Position numbers and translations under genes: made by a program. 44,292 bases of DNA, taken from the IMG/VR virus record IMGVR_UViG_3300005573_001627; one strand, given 5' to 3'. Shown here piece after piece: positions 20,338-28,191 of the stretch. Source of the stretch: a virus (taxonomy: Duplodnaviria > Heunggongvirae > Uroviricota > Caudoviricetes). The notes under the pieces were generated by a model. It made no database searches. It was given only the letters and a program-made list of their open reading frames with translations, and was not told the DNA's origin. Numbering within the stretch: position 1 is the stretch's first letter; each line of letters begins with the position of its first letter.

Positions 20338-20355
20338 ATCTTTATAAATATAGTC
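20338..20355 (-). promoter_or_regulatory. Capsid-operon promoter box 2 GACTATATTTATAAAGAT
   Basis: Exact 18-bp repeat, 62 bp from box 1. Confidence 0.65.
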
Positions 20356-20375
20356 CTCCGAAAAAAGAAGAAACA

Positions 20376-20383
20376 TTTATAAA
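20376..20383 (+). promoter_or_regulatory. TATA box for rightward operon
   Basis: TTTATAAA preceded by A-rich BRE-like GAAGAAACA, about 33 bp upstream of ATG 20416. Confidence 0.55.
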
Positions 20384-20415
20384 GAACTTTAGTCTGATTT
20401 ATTTGTCTAAAAGAG

Positions 20416-20598
20416 ATGAGTAAAGAAATTTTAATTCAGGTGAAAGTAAGCGGAAAAGGAATCGCGTCTGTTATAACTAAAAATGGATTCGATGATACAG
20501 CATCGTCTTCTCTGGAAGTTATAGGTATTCTACAAAATCTCTTGACGATAGAACAAGAAAAATTAAAGACTGTGTTAAAAGCACAGCAACCAATCTAA
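20416..20598 (+). CDS. Hypothetical protein (60 aa)
   Basis: ORF, TAATG coupling to the next gene. Confidence 0.7.
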   Translation: MSKEILIQVKVSGKGIASVITKNGFDDTASSSLEVIGILQNLLTIEQEKLKTVLKAQQPI

Positions 20599-21080
20599 TG
20601 GCATACTTTAGTCAATATCGAAAAGGAAATAAGAATGCATCTGCAACTCTTGATGCAGGACTGGGATTAATCTTTAGATTGAACACTCTTTGGAGAAGCG
20701 CAGACCTCGCTGCTCTTCGAGGAGAACTTGAAGAATACAATGATATCTTGAATCGAATTTTTGTAAACCTTCTTTATAAAACTCCGATGGATATTGAGTT
20801 TGAAAATAATCTAGAAAAAAAAGAAATAAAATCTGTTGACTGGAATGATGACGATGCAAAGATTTTTAATAAATTTAAAGAGATGGTCAGAGAGGTTAAG
20901 AAAAAAGAAACAGAGGCTATTAAAAAAAGAAATCGGTCTGCTTATAATTCTGCTAAGGAAGAGCATTATGAAATACTACTCAAGAAAGATACATGGCTAA
21001 GAAAGTTTATGATGGAGAAAGGATTGTACTTGAAAGAAGTTGAATTTAATCCCGAGACCGCGATGTGGGGTGGAATGTAA
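20598..21080 (+). CDS. Hypothetical helical protein (160 aa)
   Basis: ORF in the ATPase operon. Confidence 0.8.
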   Translation: MAYFSQYRKGNKNASATLDAGLGLIFRLNTLWRSADLAALRGELEEYNDILNRIFVNLLYKTPMDIEFENNLEKKEIKSVDWNDDDAKIFNKFKEMVREVKKKETEAIKKRNRSAYNSAKEEHYEILLKKDTWLRKFMMEKGLYLKEVEFNPETAMWGGM

Positions 21081-21121
21081 ATTATAATTGGTGATGAATC
21101 TAGGAAGAGAGAGGTGATAGA

Positions 21122-22192
21122 ATGTTAGATGAAAGAGATTATGTAGAAGAGAAAAGAATTAGAAGGACAGATGGCTCTAATCAAAATATTGATGCTTGGC
21201 GAAGGATAAATAAAGATATAGAAGAAGACGTAAGCATTCCGAAAGAGATAGAAGAAGACCAAGAGTTCTCTGTTGAAGAAGAGACTCCAGAAAGAATTAT
21301 TCAACAGCCTGAGAAAAAGAAAAAAAGGACTTCTGAAATCAGTGTTCTTGAAACCGGATTTACTGCTTCAAAGAAAGCGCCTCCTATCTCTCAAATTGAT
21401 GCAGGAACATCTGCAGACGTATCAAGTCCTAAACGTATCTATTATGCACAGAAACTAAATCCTGATTCTGAAAATGAATTGCCCAAGGTTGTTTTATCTG
21501 CAACACAAGAGAATCTACCAGACGGAGTTGCAAATCAATATGAAGAAACTACAATTACAATCAAGATTAATTTCTATAAAACTGATTGGGATAAAATATA
21601 CAGAGTCATTAAATCTCAAAGAGATACAATCAAACAATTTGCTAGACGCGCAATGGTTCAAGCAACAGATGAGATTCTTGAAAGAAATAAAATTAAGAAG
21701 AGACTTATAGAAGAACTTAGCCAAAGAGAAGTATTGGCAGAATTAAAAGAGAAGTTAACCAAAGAATTAATCGTTGAAAGAACTATTTGGCAATCAAGAT
21801 ATAAAGAACGAGACCCAGATGCTGTAAGATTATATCCGGAATTGAATGAAGAAGTCAAAAAAGACCTTGAAGAAGAAGAACAAGAAAAAGAACAATTGCT
21901 AAAACGTCTCCAAAGACTGGATGATAAAAGGACCAAGAAAGAAGCAAAAGAGGCCCGGGCCAGAGCAAGGGCCCTACAAAAACAGCCAGAGGATAATGAA
22001 AAAGAGATAGAAATGTCTGATGATATAGTTCAGGAAGACCTTGAAAATATGCAAAATGGCCCAGGACCATTAGAAGATTCTGCCCTAAATAATGGTATTG
22101 GATTTGATACAGAAGGAGTTATGCCGGAAGAAATATGTGAGGAGGTGATTTCTGATGTCAATGAGAGCGACGAACATCCGTTGGGTCAATAA
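21122..22192 (+). CDS. Acidic coiled-coil protein with possible ribbon-helix-helix segment
   Basis: GAGGTGA RBS; TITIKINFYKTDWDKIYRVIKSQRDTIKQFARRAM has a beta-helix-helix pattern. Confidence 0.7.
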   Translation: MLDERDYVEEKRIRRTDGSNQNIDAWRRINKDIEEDVSIPKEIEEDQEFSVEEETPERIIQQPEKKKKRTSEISVLETGFTASKKAPPISQIDAGTSADVSSPKRIYYAQKLNPDSENELPKVVLSATQENLPDGVANQYEETTITIKINFYKTDWDKIYRVIKSQRDTIKQFARRAMVQATDEILERNKIKKRLIEELSQREVLAELKEKLTKELIVERTIWQSRYKERDPDAVRLYPELNEEVKKDLEEEEQEKEQLLKRLQRLDDKRTKKEAKEARARARALQKQPEDNEKEIEMSDDIVQEDLENMQNGPGPLEDSALNNGIGFDTEGVMPEEICEEVISDVNESDEHPLGQ

Positions 22193-23138
22193 AAAAGGTG
22201 AACAGAGAATCGGATATTATATGGATGAGTTCTTAGGAATCAATCTGATGGGCATCCCTAACTATCTGAATAAGGCTTGGGATGTTGTTGGTATCATTTC
22301 AGGTCATGGAAAGGTACGTATAGGCAAGAGCACGCTCGCACAACAGATAGGATACTTCCTTGCGTGGCTGCTCGCAGGTGGGCGCATGGAGTCGCGCGTG
22401 GACCCGGACGGTGTTAAGCGTTGGTTTGTCGCGCGCGAGCCAAAGAAGCCGGTAAGATTTTCACTTGAAGAGAACATTGTATTCTCACCTGAGGACTTAA
22501 TGAAGTCCGCTTCAAATCTTAGAGACAAGTATGGGAGGAACCAAGTAATAATTTATGATGAAGGTAGGACTGGTCTTGACAGCGCGCGAGCAATGCAAGC
22601 AATCAACAAGGCGATGCAAGACTTCTTCCAGGAGTGCGGGCAGCACGGGCACATCATCCTTATAGTCTTACCAGATTTTTTCAAACTGCATGAGGACTAT
22701 GCGACGGTCCGTTCACTTTTTCTTGTCGATGTCTTCGCCGACCGACAACTTCGAAGAGGATGGTTCAACTTTTACAACGAAACACAGAAAGAAAAACTAT
22801 ATGTCTATGGAAAAAAAGTTTTGGGCCTGTACAATCGTTACTCGCAGGCGAGCCCGAGCTTCTACGGACGGTTCACATCGTTCTTGCCTATCGATGATAA
22901 GGCTTACGACCTCGCTAAACAGAAAGCACTCCGTAAAAAACAGTTCTTGAGGAATGAAAGACGATTCAAGAACCAAAGAGACGGTGCAATTTACCTTTTG
23001 AAGAGAGAAACAGACATGAGTTGTGAAGAAATCGCTACTGAACTCTCTGCGGTCACCCAACAACAGTTGTCTGAAGACCATATACGCAATGCAATCAAGT
23101 CTATCACGCATGAAAAGGATGAAGAAGAGATAATCTAG
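22155..23138 (+). CDS. P-loop ATPase with C-terminal HTH (morphogenesis/genome-extrusion ATPase typical of spindle-shaped and pleomorphic archaeal viruses)
   Basis: Walker A variant VGIISGHGKVRIGKST, Walker B VIIYDEG, C-terminal MSCEEIATELS HTH; GGAGGTGA RBS. Confidence 0.8.
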   Translation: MSMRATNIRWVNKKGEQRIGYYMDEFLGINLMGIPNYLNKAWDVVGIISGHGKVRIGKSTLAQQIGYFLAWLLAGGRMESRVDPDGVKRWFVAREPKKPVRFSLEENIVFSPEDLMKSASNLRDKYGRNQVIIYDEGRTGLDSARAMQAINKAMQDFFQECGQHGHIILIVLPDFFKLHEDYATVRSLFLVDVFADRQLRRGWFNFYNETQKEKLYVYGKKVLGLYNRYSQASPSFYGRFTSFLPIDDKAYDLAKQKALRKKQFLRNERRFKNQRDGAIYLLKRETDMSCEEIATELSAVTQQQLSEDHIRNAIKSITHEKDEEEII

Positions 23139-23667
23139 GTCTAATGTACGTACCGTCATGTACCTAAGTACCCTTTTTATGCGTAAAAATTTCATATAGC
23201 CAAGAGAAAAATAGGATTTTGGTTGTTTTTTCTACAAACCGACGGGCGGCCCCCCCAGCGGTAGGGTATTTATCATTACAATATATATTTTGGAGTATAA
23301 AAAAGGTGCAAAATAACCACTATGGGGGTACGAAAATGGTCATTTTGGGGCGCGCGGTCGTTTTTGGATGACCTTCCATATAGGTTCATCAGTCAGAATA
23401 GGGGTAGGGTCTCGGTTATTTGAAAGAATAACCCCTGCGCGGTATCAAAAACCGGCACTGGCTTGCCCAAGAAGATGCTGGGAGAATTATATAATCCAAG
23501 ATAACAAATTATATAAAGGCCAATCCCTTTAAAAGAATAAGATGTCTTCTTGTAGACATAACCAATAAACTAGATAGGCCCAATGCTATTATTATATAGC
23601 AGGATGATATTCGTATTTCCTCCAGGGCCTATCTACTTCTAATCTAATCAAGGATGCTTTTAAGATG

Positions 23668-23695
23668 CGTTCGTATTTCTCTTCTTATACGAAAG
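23668..23695 (+). other. lox/dif-like recombination site 1: CGTTCGTATTT-CTCTTC-TTATACGAAAG
   Basis: 11-6-11 imperfect inverted repeat; right arm identical to site 2; abuts the TATA box of the recombinase gene. Confidence 0.65.
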
Positions 23696-23696
23696 G

Positions 23697-23704
23697 TTTA
23701 TATA
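23697..23704 (+). promoter_or_regulatory. TATA box TTTATATA of the recombinase gene
   Basis: Preceded by GAAAGG (BRE-like); only TATA-like element just upstream of 23799. Confidence 0.55.
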
Positions 23705-23798
23705 TAAGTGTGCTTTGATTATCTCGTAAAACTTTCGCCATATCTATTTTGAAATGGCCCTATCACTGTGACAGTGACGTGACAGTGAGGAGCGCAGA

Positions 23799-24485
23799 TT
23801 GACAGAAGAAAAAAAGGTGCTAACAAAGAAAGAGTTGAAGAAGGCGTATGAAGCCGGACTTATTGATGAACAGAAATTCAAAGAGGAACTATTTCTAATA
23901 GAAACAACTAAACCAAAGCAGAGACAGAAAAAGAAATTGCCGGTTGCTTTAACTGAAGATGAATTTGGTAACTTGATACGAAACACCAAGAAGGACAGAT
24001 TCAAGTTAGCATTCTTATTTGGCTTTGGAGCCGGAATGAGATTGAGCGAGATTCTTGGAGGTGTGAGAGAGAACGGAGAGATAATGCCGCCGCTCACTGC
24101 AGACAAGATTGATATGCAAAGGAAGACTATTTATATAAAGGACGCCAAGGGAGGGAAGGACCGGATAGTTCCTGTGCCCAAGGGGTTGAAGATTGAACAT
24201 ATAAAGTTACTTCCACTTAACCAAGGGTACTCAAATATAAAGTCAGCAAGAAGAGCCTTTGAAATAGCGTTCAAAGTTGCTGCAGAACGTGCCGGACTAC
24301 TAAAGATTAAACCTGGACTTCACTTTCATAGTCTAAGACATAGTTTTGGTACACTGTTGGCAAATAGTGGTATGCCCATCCATCATATAAGAACATTGAT
24401 GGGCCATTCAAATATATCTACTACTAACATCTACTTAGAGGCCAATCCAAAGGATGCTTTGAAGAGTTATGAGGAATTGTTCTAG
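23799..24485 (+). CDS. Tyrosine recombinase (XerC/D-like catalytic domain, no core-binding domain)
   Basis: GMRLSE (R), KGGKDR (K), HSLRH (HxxR), MGH, TTNIY (Y); TTG start with GAGGAG RBS. Confidence 0.92.
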   Translation: MTEEKKVLTKKELKKAYEAGLIDEQKFKEELFLIETTKPKQRQKKKLPVALTEDEFGNLIRNTKKDRFKLAFLFGFGAGMRLSEILGGVRENGEIMPPLTADKIDMQRKTIYIKDAKGGKDRIVPVPKGLKIEHIKLLPLNQGYSNIKSARRAFEIAFKVAAERAGLLKIKPGLHFHSLRHSFGTLLANSGMPIHHIRTLMGHSNISTTNIYLEANPKDALKSYEELF

Positions 24486-24518
24486 GGCAAGCGAATAAAA
24501 AATAAGTTTTGCGAAAGA

Positions 24519-25060
24519 AATAGCCCTTTTTTAGCCCTTTTCCTATGTTAAACCTTTCGCATTTGATACCTTATACGAAAGCCGTTTCCTATAATGTATC
24601 GTCGATATAATATGGACTATATATGTGACTTTATAAGGATATTACGTTACTGTCACAGAAGCGAAAAATGAGCATATGAAGGCACATTAAAATAAGCCCT
24701 ATTTTGTCCTTAAAAGACCTTATTTAAGGGTTTATTTATACTTATTCGGTGAGGCGAAAATCAAGGCATTTATATGCCTTTATATAACACCCCTAAAAGG
24801 GCTAAAAAGGGCATTATTTGACATCCAGGCGCAGGCATCCTTTATACGTATTTTTAAGTATGGTTGAAAAGGGCATTATTTGACCTTAAATGCCTTGTTT
24901 TAGATGCAGGCATGGGTGTCAAAAAACGATTTTTTTCGTTTTTCCTGAAAGGATAATTTTTTGCATATTTTTTAATTATTTGCTATTTTTTGCCTATTTT
25001 TTGATAACAATAAGTGTTATCAATTAATTATCAAAAAATTACTACTAATTAGTGAAATAA
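24519..25060. other. Putative replication origin: AGGGC-core iteron-like repeats followed by phased T tracts
   Basis: 18-bp direct repeat AAAAGGGCATTATTTGAC at 24805-24822 and 24867-24884; inverted AGCCCTTTT copies at about 24522-24541 and 24695; palindrome AAGGCATTTATATGCCTT 24763-24780; AT-rich tract from about 24930. Confidence 0.45.
24554..24581 (+). other. lox/dif-like recombination site 2: CTTTCGCATTT-GATACC-TTATACGAAAG
   Basis: 11-6-11 imperfect inverted repeat 68 bp downstream of the recombinase stop; candidate attP/resolution site. Confidence 0.7.
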
Positions 25061-25310
25061 AAAGAGATTAAAAAGGGTTAAAAATCACTACTGCATAGTT
25101 AAATTTTATATGCAGAAAATTTAAAAAGATGGTTTATTTATCCTCTATAAGAAAAAAGGGGTTTAACTTCTTGTTTGATTTTAGCAAGAAGAAAAACAGA
25201 AAAACAAAAAAAGATTATTTTGTTTTTTCTTATTTTGTTTTATCTGTGATACTTTAATTAAATTTTTGGTTTTATGTTAAAAGGAGTAACATAAAATAAG
25301 TTTTAACAAA

Positions 25311-25625
25311 ATGGAATTTATACAAATAGAAGAAAAACTTTTTAATCTTTTGAATAATGCAAGAATAACAGAAAAAACAGCATACGATTTTAAACAACTA
25401 CTGCAAGATGTTAAAAAAAATTTTGGTTTAACATTAAGCAAACAATTTTTTTTAAATGGTTTAAACAGAACAGAACACAAGAGAATAAACACAAGAATAA
25501 ACAGGATAATAAAAAAAGCAGATATTCAAATAAAGAATACTTTTTATTATTATTCTGAATTGACAACAATAAAAGGTAATTTATGCAAAAACCTTTTAAG
25601 AAAAACTTTTAATCTTTTGGTTTAA
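25311..25625 (+). CDS. Hypothetical early protein (104 aa)
   Basis: ORF with GGAG RBS. Confidence 0.65.
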   Translation: MEFIQIEEKLFNLLNNARITEKTAYDFKQLLQDVKKNFGLTLSKQFFLNGLNRTEHKRINTRINRIIKKADIQIKNTFYYYSELTTIKGNLCKNLLRKTFNLLV

Positions 25626-25626
25626 A

Positions 25627-25833
25627 ATGAGAACAGAAAAATTTTATTTAAAATTTTGGAGTATGCAAGAACAACAACAAGAACAACAACAAACAAAAAA
25701 CTTTTTAGATAGTGAAAAAAATTTAAGCATAGAAGAATTAAATAAAAGATTAAAAGACAACGATATAAACAGCATAGAAAATAATAAACCTATTAAGAGA
25801 ATAATAAGGGTTATTTCTTCACATAACTATTAA
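25627..25833 (+). CDS. Hypothetical early protein (68 aa)
   Basis: ORF coupled to the upstream gene. Confidence 0.55.
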   Translation: MRTEKFYLKFWSMQEQQQEQQQTKNFLDSEKNLSIEELNKRLKDNDINSIENNKPIKRIIRVISSHNY

Positions 25834-25889
25834 ACTATTAATAGGTAAAAAAAGAGGTTTATTTTTTTTTAATAAAATGAATGCCTGCA

Positions 25890-25909
25890 AAAGTGTGTCA
25901 TTATCGTAC
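25890..25909 (+). promoter_or_regulatory. Early motif copy A AAAGTGTGTCATTATCGTAC
   Basis: One of 5 copies; followed by TTATTTATATA, ATG at 25939; T tract just upstream. Confidence 0.75.
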
Positions 25910-25938
25910 TTATTTATATAGGAGATTAAAAAAACAAA

Positions 25939-26301
25939 ATGGATAATACAGAATATTTTAAAAAAAAGTTATTGAAGATTATAAATAAAAATCTTAATGG
26001 TTTTACTATTGATTTTAATTTAAAACCAATAGAGAAAAAAAAGGGTTTTTTTGTTGGTATAACCAATAATAGCAATAAAGATTTTAATAAAGCAATAAAT
26101 AACCTTTTAAGCATTAAAGAAAAAATGTTTAAAAATTGTAAAAACCTTTATATTGGTGGTTGGTTGGATAATGAAACAAAAACCTATTTTTTAGATTTAA
26201 GCATTTATCTTAATAATAAACAAGATAGTTTAAACATAGCAAGATTATTTAATCAAAAAGCAATTTTTGATATAAAAAACCTTAATTGCATTAATGCTTA
26301 A
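25939..26301 (+). CDS. Hypothetical protein, possible SAM-lyase/DUF3293-like fold
   Basis: YIGGWLD...YFLDLS...SLNIARLFNQKAIFD; loose resemblance to T3 SAMase C-terminal motif; function unverified. Confidence 0.35.
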   Translation: MDNTEYFKKKLLKIINKNLNGFTIDFNLKPIEKKKGFFVGITNNSNKDFNKAINNLLSIKEKMFKNCKNLYIGGWLDNETKTYFLDLSIYLNNKQDSLNIARLFNQKAIFDIKNLNCINA

Positions 26302-26445
26302 AAATGGATATAAAACAATTAAAACCACAGCAAAAAGATTTTTTAAAATTGCTTAAATCCTCTAAAAACCCTTTTGATTTATGGGTTTATAATCAATTAA
26401 TAACAGCAATAAAAAAAGATAGCAATAAATAAAAGTTTTATTGAA

Positions 26446-26658
26446 TTGGATAAACATACTTTAATAGATAAAAAAAGGATTATGCTTAATATTGGAGATA
26501 AACTTAAAATTAATGATGTTATAACCTCTTTAATTATTGACTATGATTTAAACCTTTTAGAAGTAATTTATTTTAAGGGTTTTAATGAGAACAACAGCAA
26601 TTATTTTAAAGATAGATGTAGAGCAATTAATTTTATAGAGAGAGAGCAAGAAGAATAA
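26446..26658 (+). CDS. Hypothetical early protein (TTG start; ATG 26481 possible)
   Basis: ORF track. Confidence 0.5.
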   Translation: MDKHTLIDKKRIMLNIGDKLKINDVITSLIIDYDLNLLEVIYFKGFNENNSNYFKDRCRAINFIEREQEE

Positions 26659-26721
26659 AAGAGCAGAAAAATTTATTTTTTTTCTATTGTGAGTGCCTTG
26701 AGAGAGTACAGGCATTTAAAA

Positions 26722-26741
26722 AAAGTGTGTCTTTATCGTAC
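26722..26741 (+). promoter_or_regulatory. Early motif copy B AAAGTGTGTCTTTATCGTAC
   Basis: Tandem with copy C (44-bp period); not followed by TATA. Confidence 0.7.
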
Positions 26742-26765
26742 TATGGGGTAAAATTAGGTTATAAA

Positions 26766-26785
26766 AAAGTGTGTCTTTATCGTAC
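26766..26785 (+). promoter_or_regulatory. Early motif copy C AAAGTGTGTCTTTATCGTAC
   Basis: Followed by CTATTTATAA; ATG at 26815. Confidence 0.75.
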
Positions 26786-26814
26786 CTATTTATAAGGGAG
26801 ATTAAAAAAATAAA

Positions 26815-27243
26815 ATGGTTAAAAATATTAATGTTATTCAAGATTTTAGAGATTTAGAAAATACTGAAAATGCAGATAAAACAAGACACTTATTTATAGA
26901 AGATAATGTTTTATATTCTTATGGTTATCACTATCCTTTATGTATTAAACTAAAAAATGAGAGTGGTTATTTTTCTTTTTTTATAAATTCTGATGGTTAT
27001 AGCAATACAACAGCAAGACATACAGGCGACTTAATAAGAACTATTACAAGATTAAATAATTTTAAAGAATTAAAAGAAGCAAAGAAAAAAGGAGAATATA
27101 ACCATATTTTTCTTTTATCTACTGAACAATTAAAAAATATTCTTAATGATATTAAGTATAAGTTAAATAAAACCATTTCTCAAGCGACTATAAACGATTT
27201 ATCTTTATTGGAATTGGAAAAAGAGCAAGAGGTTTTAAAATGA
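26815..27243 (+). CDS. Hypothetical virus protein (LYSYGYHYP / YSNTTARH motifs)
   Basis: YS-x-TT-x-x-H motif is common in small phage early proteins; ATGA coupling. Confidence 0.75.
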   Translation: MVKNINVIQDFRDLENTENADKTRHLFIEDNVLYSYGYHYPLCIKLKNESGYFSFFINSDGYSNTTARHTGDLIRTITRLNNFKELKEAKKKGEYNHIFLLSTEQLKNILNDIKYKLNKTISQATINDLSLLELEKEQEVLK

Positions 27244-27494
27244 TTATAAACTATAAGATAATCGCAGAATTTAAAAATAAAACACAATTTTTAAAGGCAT
27301 TTAATACCTTATACAAACATTATAAGATTTATATGAAATTTAATCCTTATAATTATGAACTTTCTTTTGATGGTTTTTTAAATAAATATACTGCAAATAA
27401 TCTTATAAAAATTCTTCAGAAATTAGAGCATATTTCTTTAATTCTTTCTATTCAAAAAATAGAAACATACAACGAGGTTTTAACAGCAAAATGA
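27240..27494 (+). CDS. Hypothetical protein (84 aa)
   Basis: ATGA overlaps on both sides. Confidence 0.7.
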   Translation: MIINYKIIAEFKNKTQFLKAFNTLYKHYKIYMKFNPYNYELSFDGFLNKYTANNLIKILQKLEHISLILSIQKIETYNEVLTAK

Positions 27495-28021
27495 GATTAA
27501 CAGAAGAAGAAACAATAAAAATAAAAGTTTTGGGAGAGAACGAGAGCAACAGAATTTTAAATGCCTTGTTTCCAAAAATTCAAAACAGATTAAAAAACCT
27601 TGTTGGTATTAAGATTATAAAGGCAGATAATACTTTAATAAAAAGTTTAAAAGAAGAAATTGAGAGCATTATAAAAAGCGAGAGAGAGCAAAAAATACAG
27701 GCATTTAAACAAGAAGATTATGCAAACATAAGCAGTTTATATTTAAGTATAACCCCTTATTCTATTTCTTTAAAAATATCTTTATGTTTTAATGGTGGTA
27801 GTTATGAGGATAATTCTTATTATTGTATTTACCACGAAAATTATAAATATTTTGGAGAAATTAAAGACACAAAATTAAAAGAACTTTATAATATTGAGAT
27901 AAAACCCTCTTTAAATGCAGAAAAAGAAATAAGCAAGATTAAAAAATGTAAAGAGATTTTAAAAAATCTACAAGCAGAAAAAGAAAAACTGCCTTATTTT
28001 TTAAAGGATTTTGTAAAATGA
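27491..28021 (+). CDS. Hypothetical protein (176 aa)
   Basis: ATGA overlaps. Confidence 0.75.
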   Translation: MRLTEEETIKIKVLGENESNRILNALFPKIQNRLKNLVGIKIIKADNTLIKSLKEEIESIIKSEREQKIQAFKQEDYANISSLYLSITPYSISLKISLCFNGGSYEDNSYYCIYHENYKYFGEIKDTKLKELYNIEIKPSLNAEKEISKIKKCKEILKNLQAEKEKLPYFLKDFVK

Positions 28022-28191
28022 AAATGAAAAAAGAAATTATTGTTAATTGGAAAGATATAAAATCCATAGAGAGAGCAGAAAAGCAAAAAGCAAGATTAGA
28101 AAATGAGGGTTACACTTTTATTAAAACTGAAAAAATATCTTTTATAGATGATATTGATAAATCTATTTATGAAAAAAAATGCAAACAATAA
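28018..28191 (+). CDS. Hypothetical protein (57 aa, SIERAEKQKARLENEGY)
   Basis: Manual translation; fills the gap with an ATGA overlap. Confidence 0.65.
   Translation: MKMKKEIIVNWKDIKSIERAEKQKARLENEGYTFIKTEKISFIDDIDKSIYEKKCKQ

Noticed and set aside
349-23195. Short opposite-strand or alternative-frame ORFs in the ORF track (e.g. 349-552, 1637-1819, 2123-2431, 4731-5105, 12833-13189, 21658-21936, 22797-23195)
   Set aside because: Shadows of long real genes or low-complexity repeats; no RBS or promoter support
24584-24611. Third full dif-like site (GTTTCCTATAA-TGTATC-...)
   Set aside because: Only the left arm matches; the right arm GTCGATATAAT does not, so it is treated as a half-site
23139-25310. 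tRNA or tRNA-derived att site near the recombinase
   Set aside because: No cloverleaf or TTCGA(A)TCC-type T-loop recognised; recombinase is intact rather than split as in SSV-type integrases
26722-26785. Two 20-bp repeats with a 24-bp spacer as a mini-CRISPR array
   Set aside because: Repeat is short, lacks a GAAAC/GAAAG-type end or palindrome, and the other copies are solitary and sit at promoters; no cas genes
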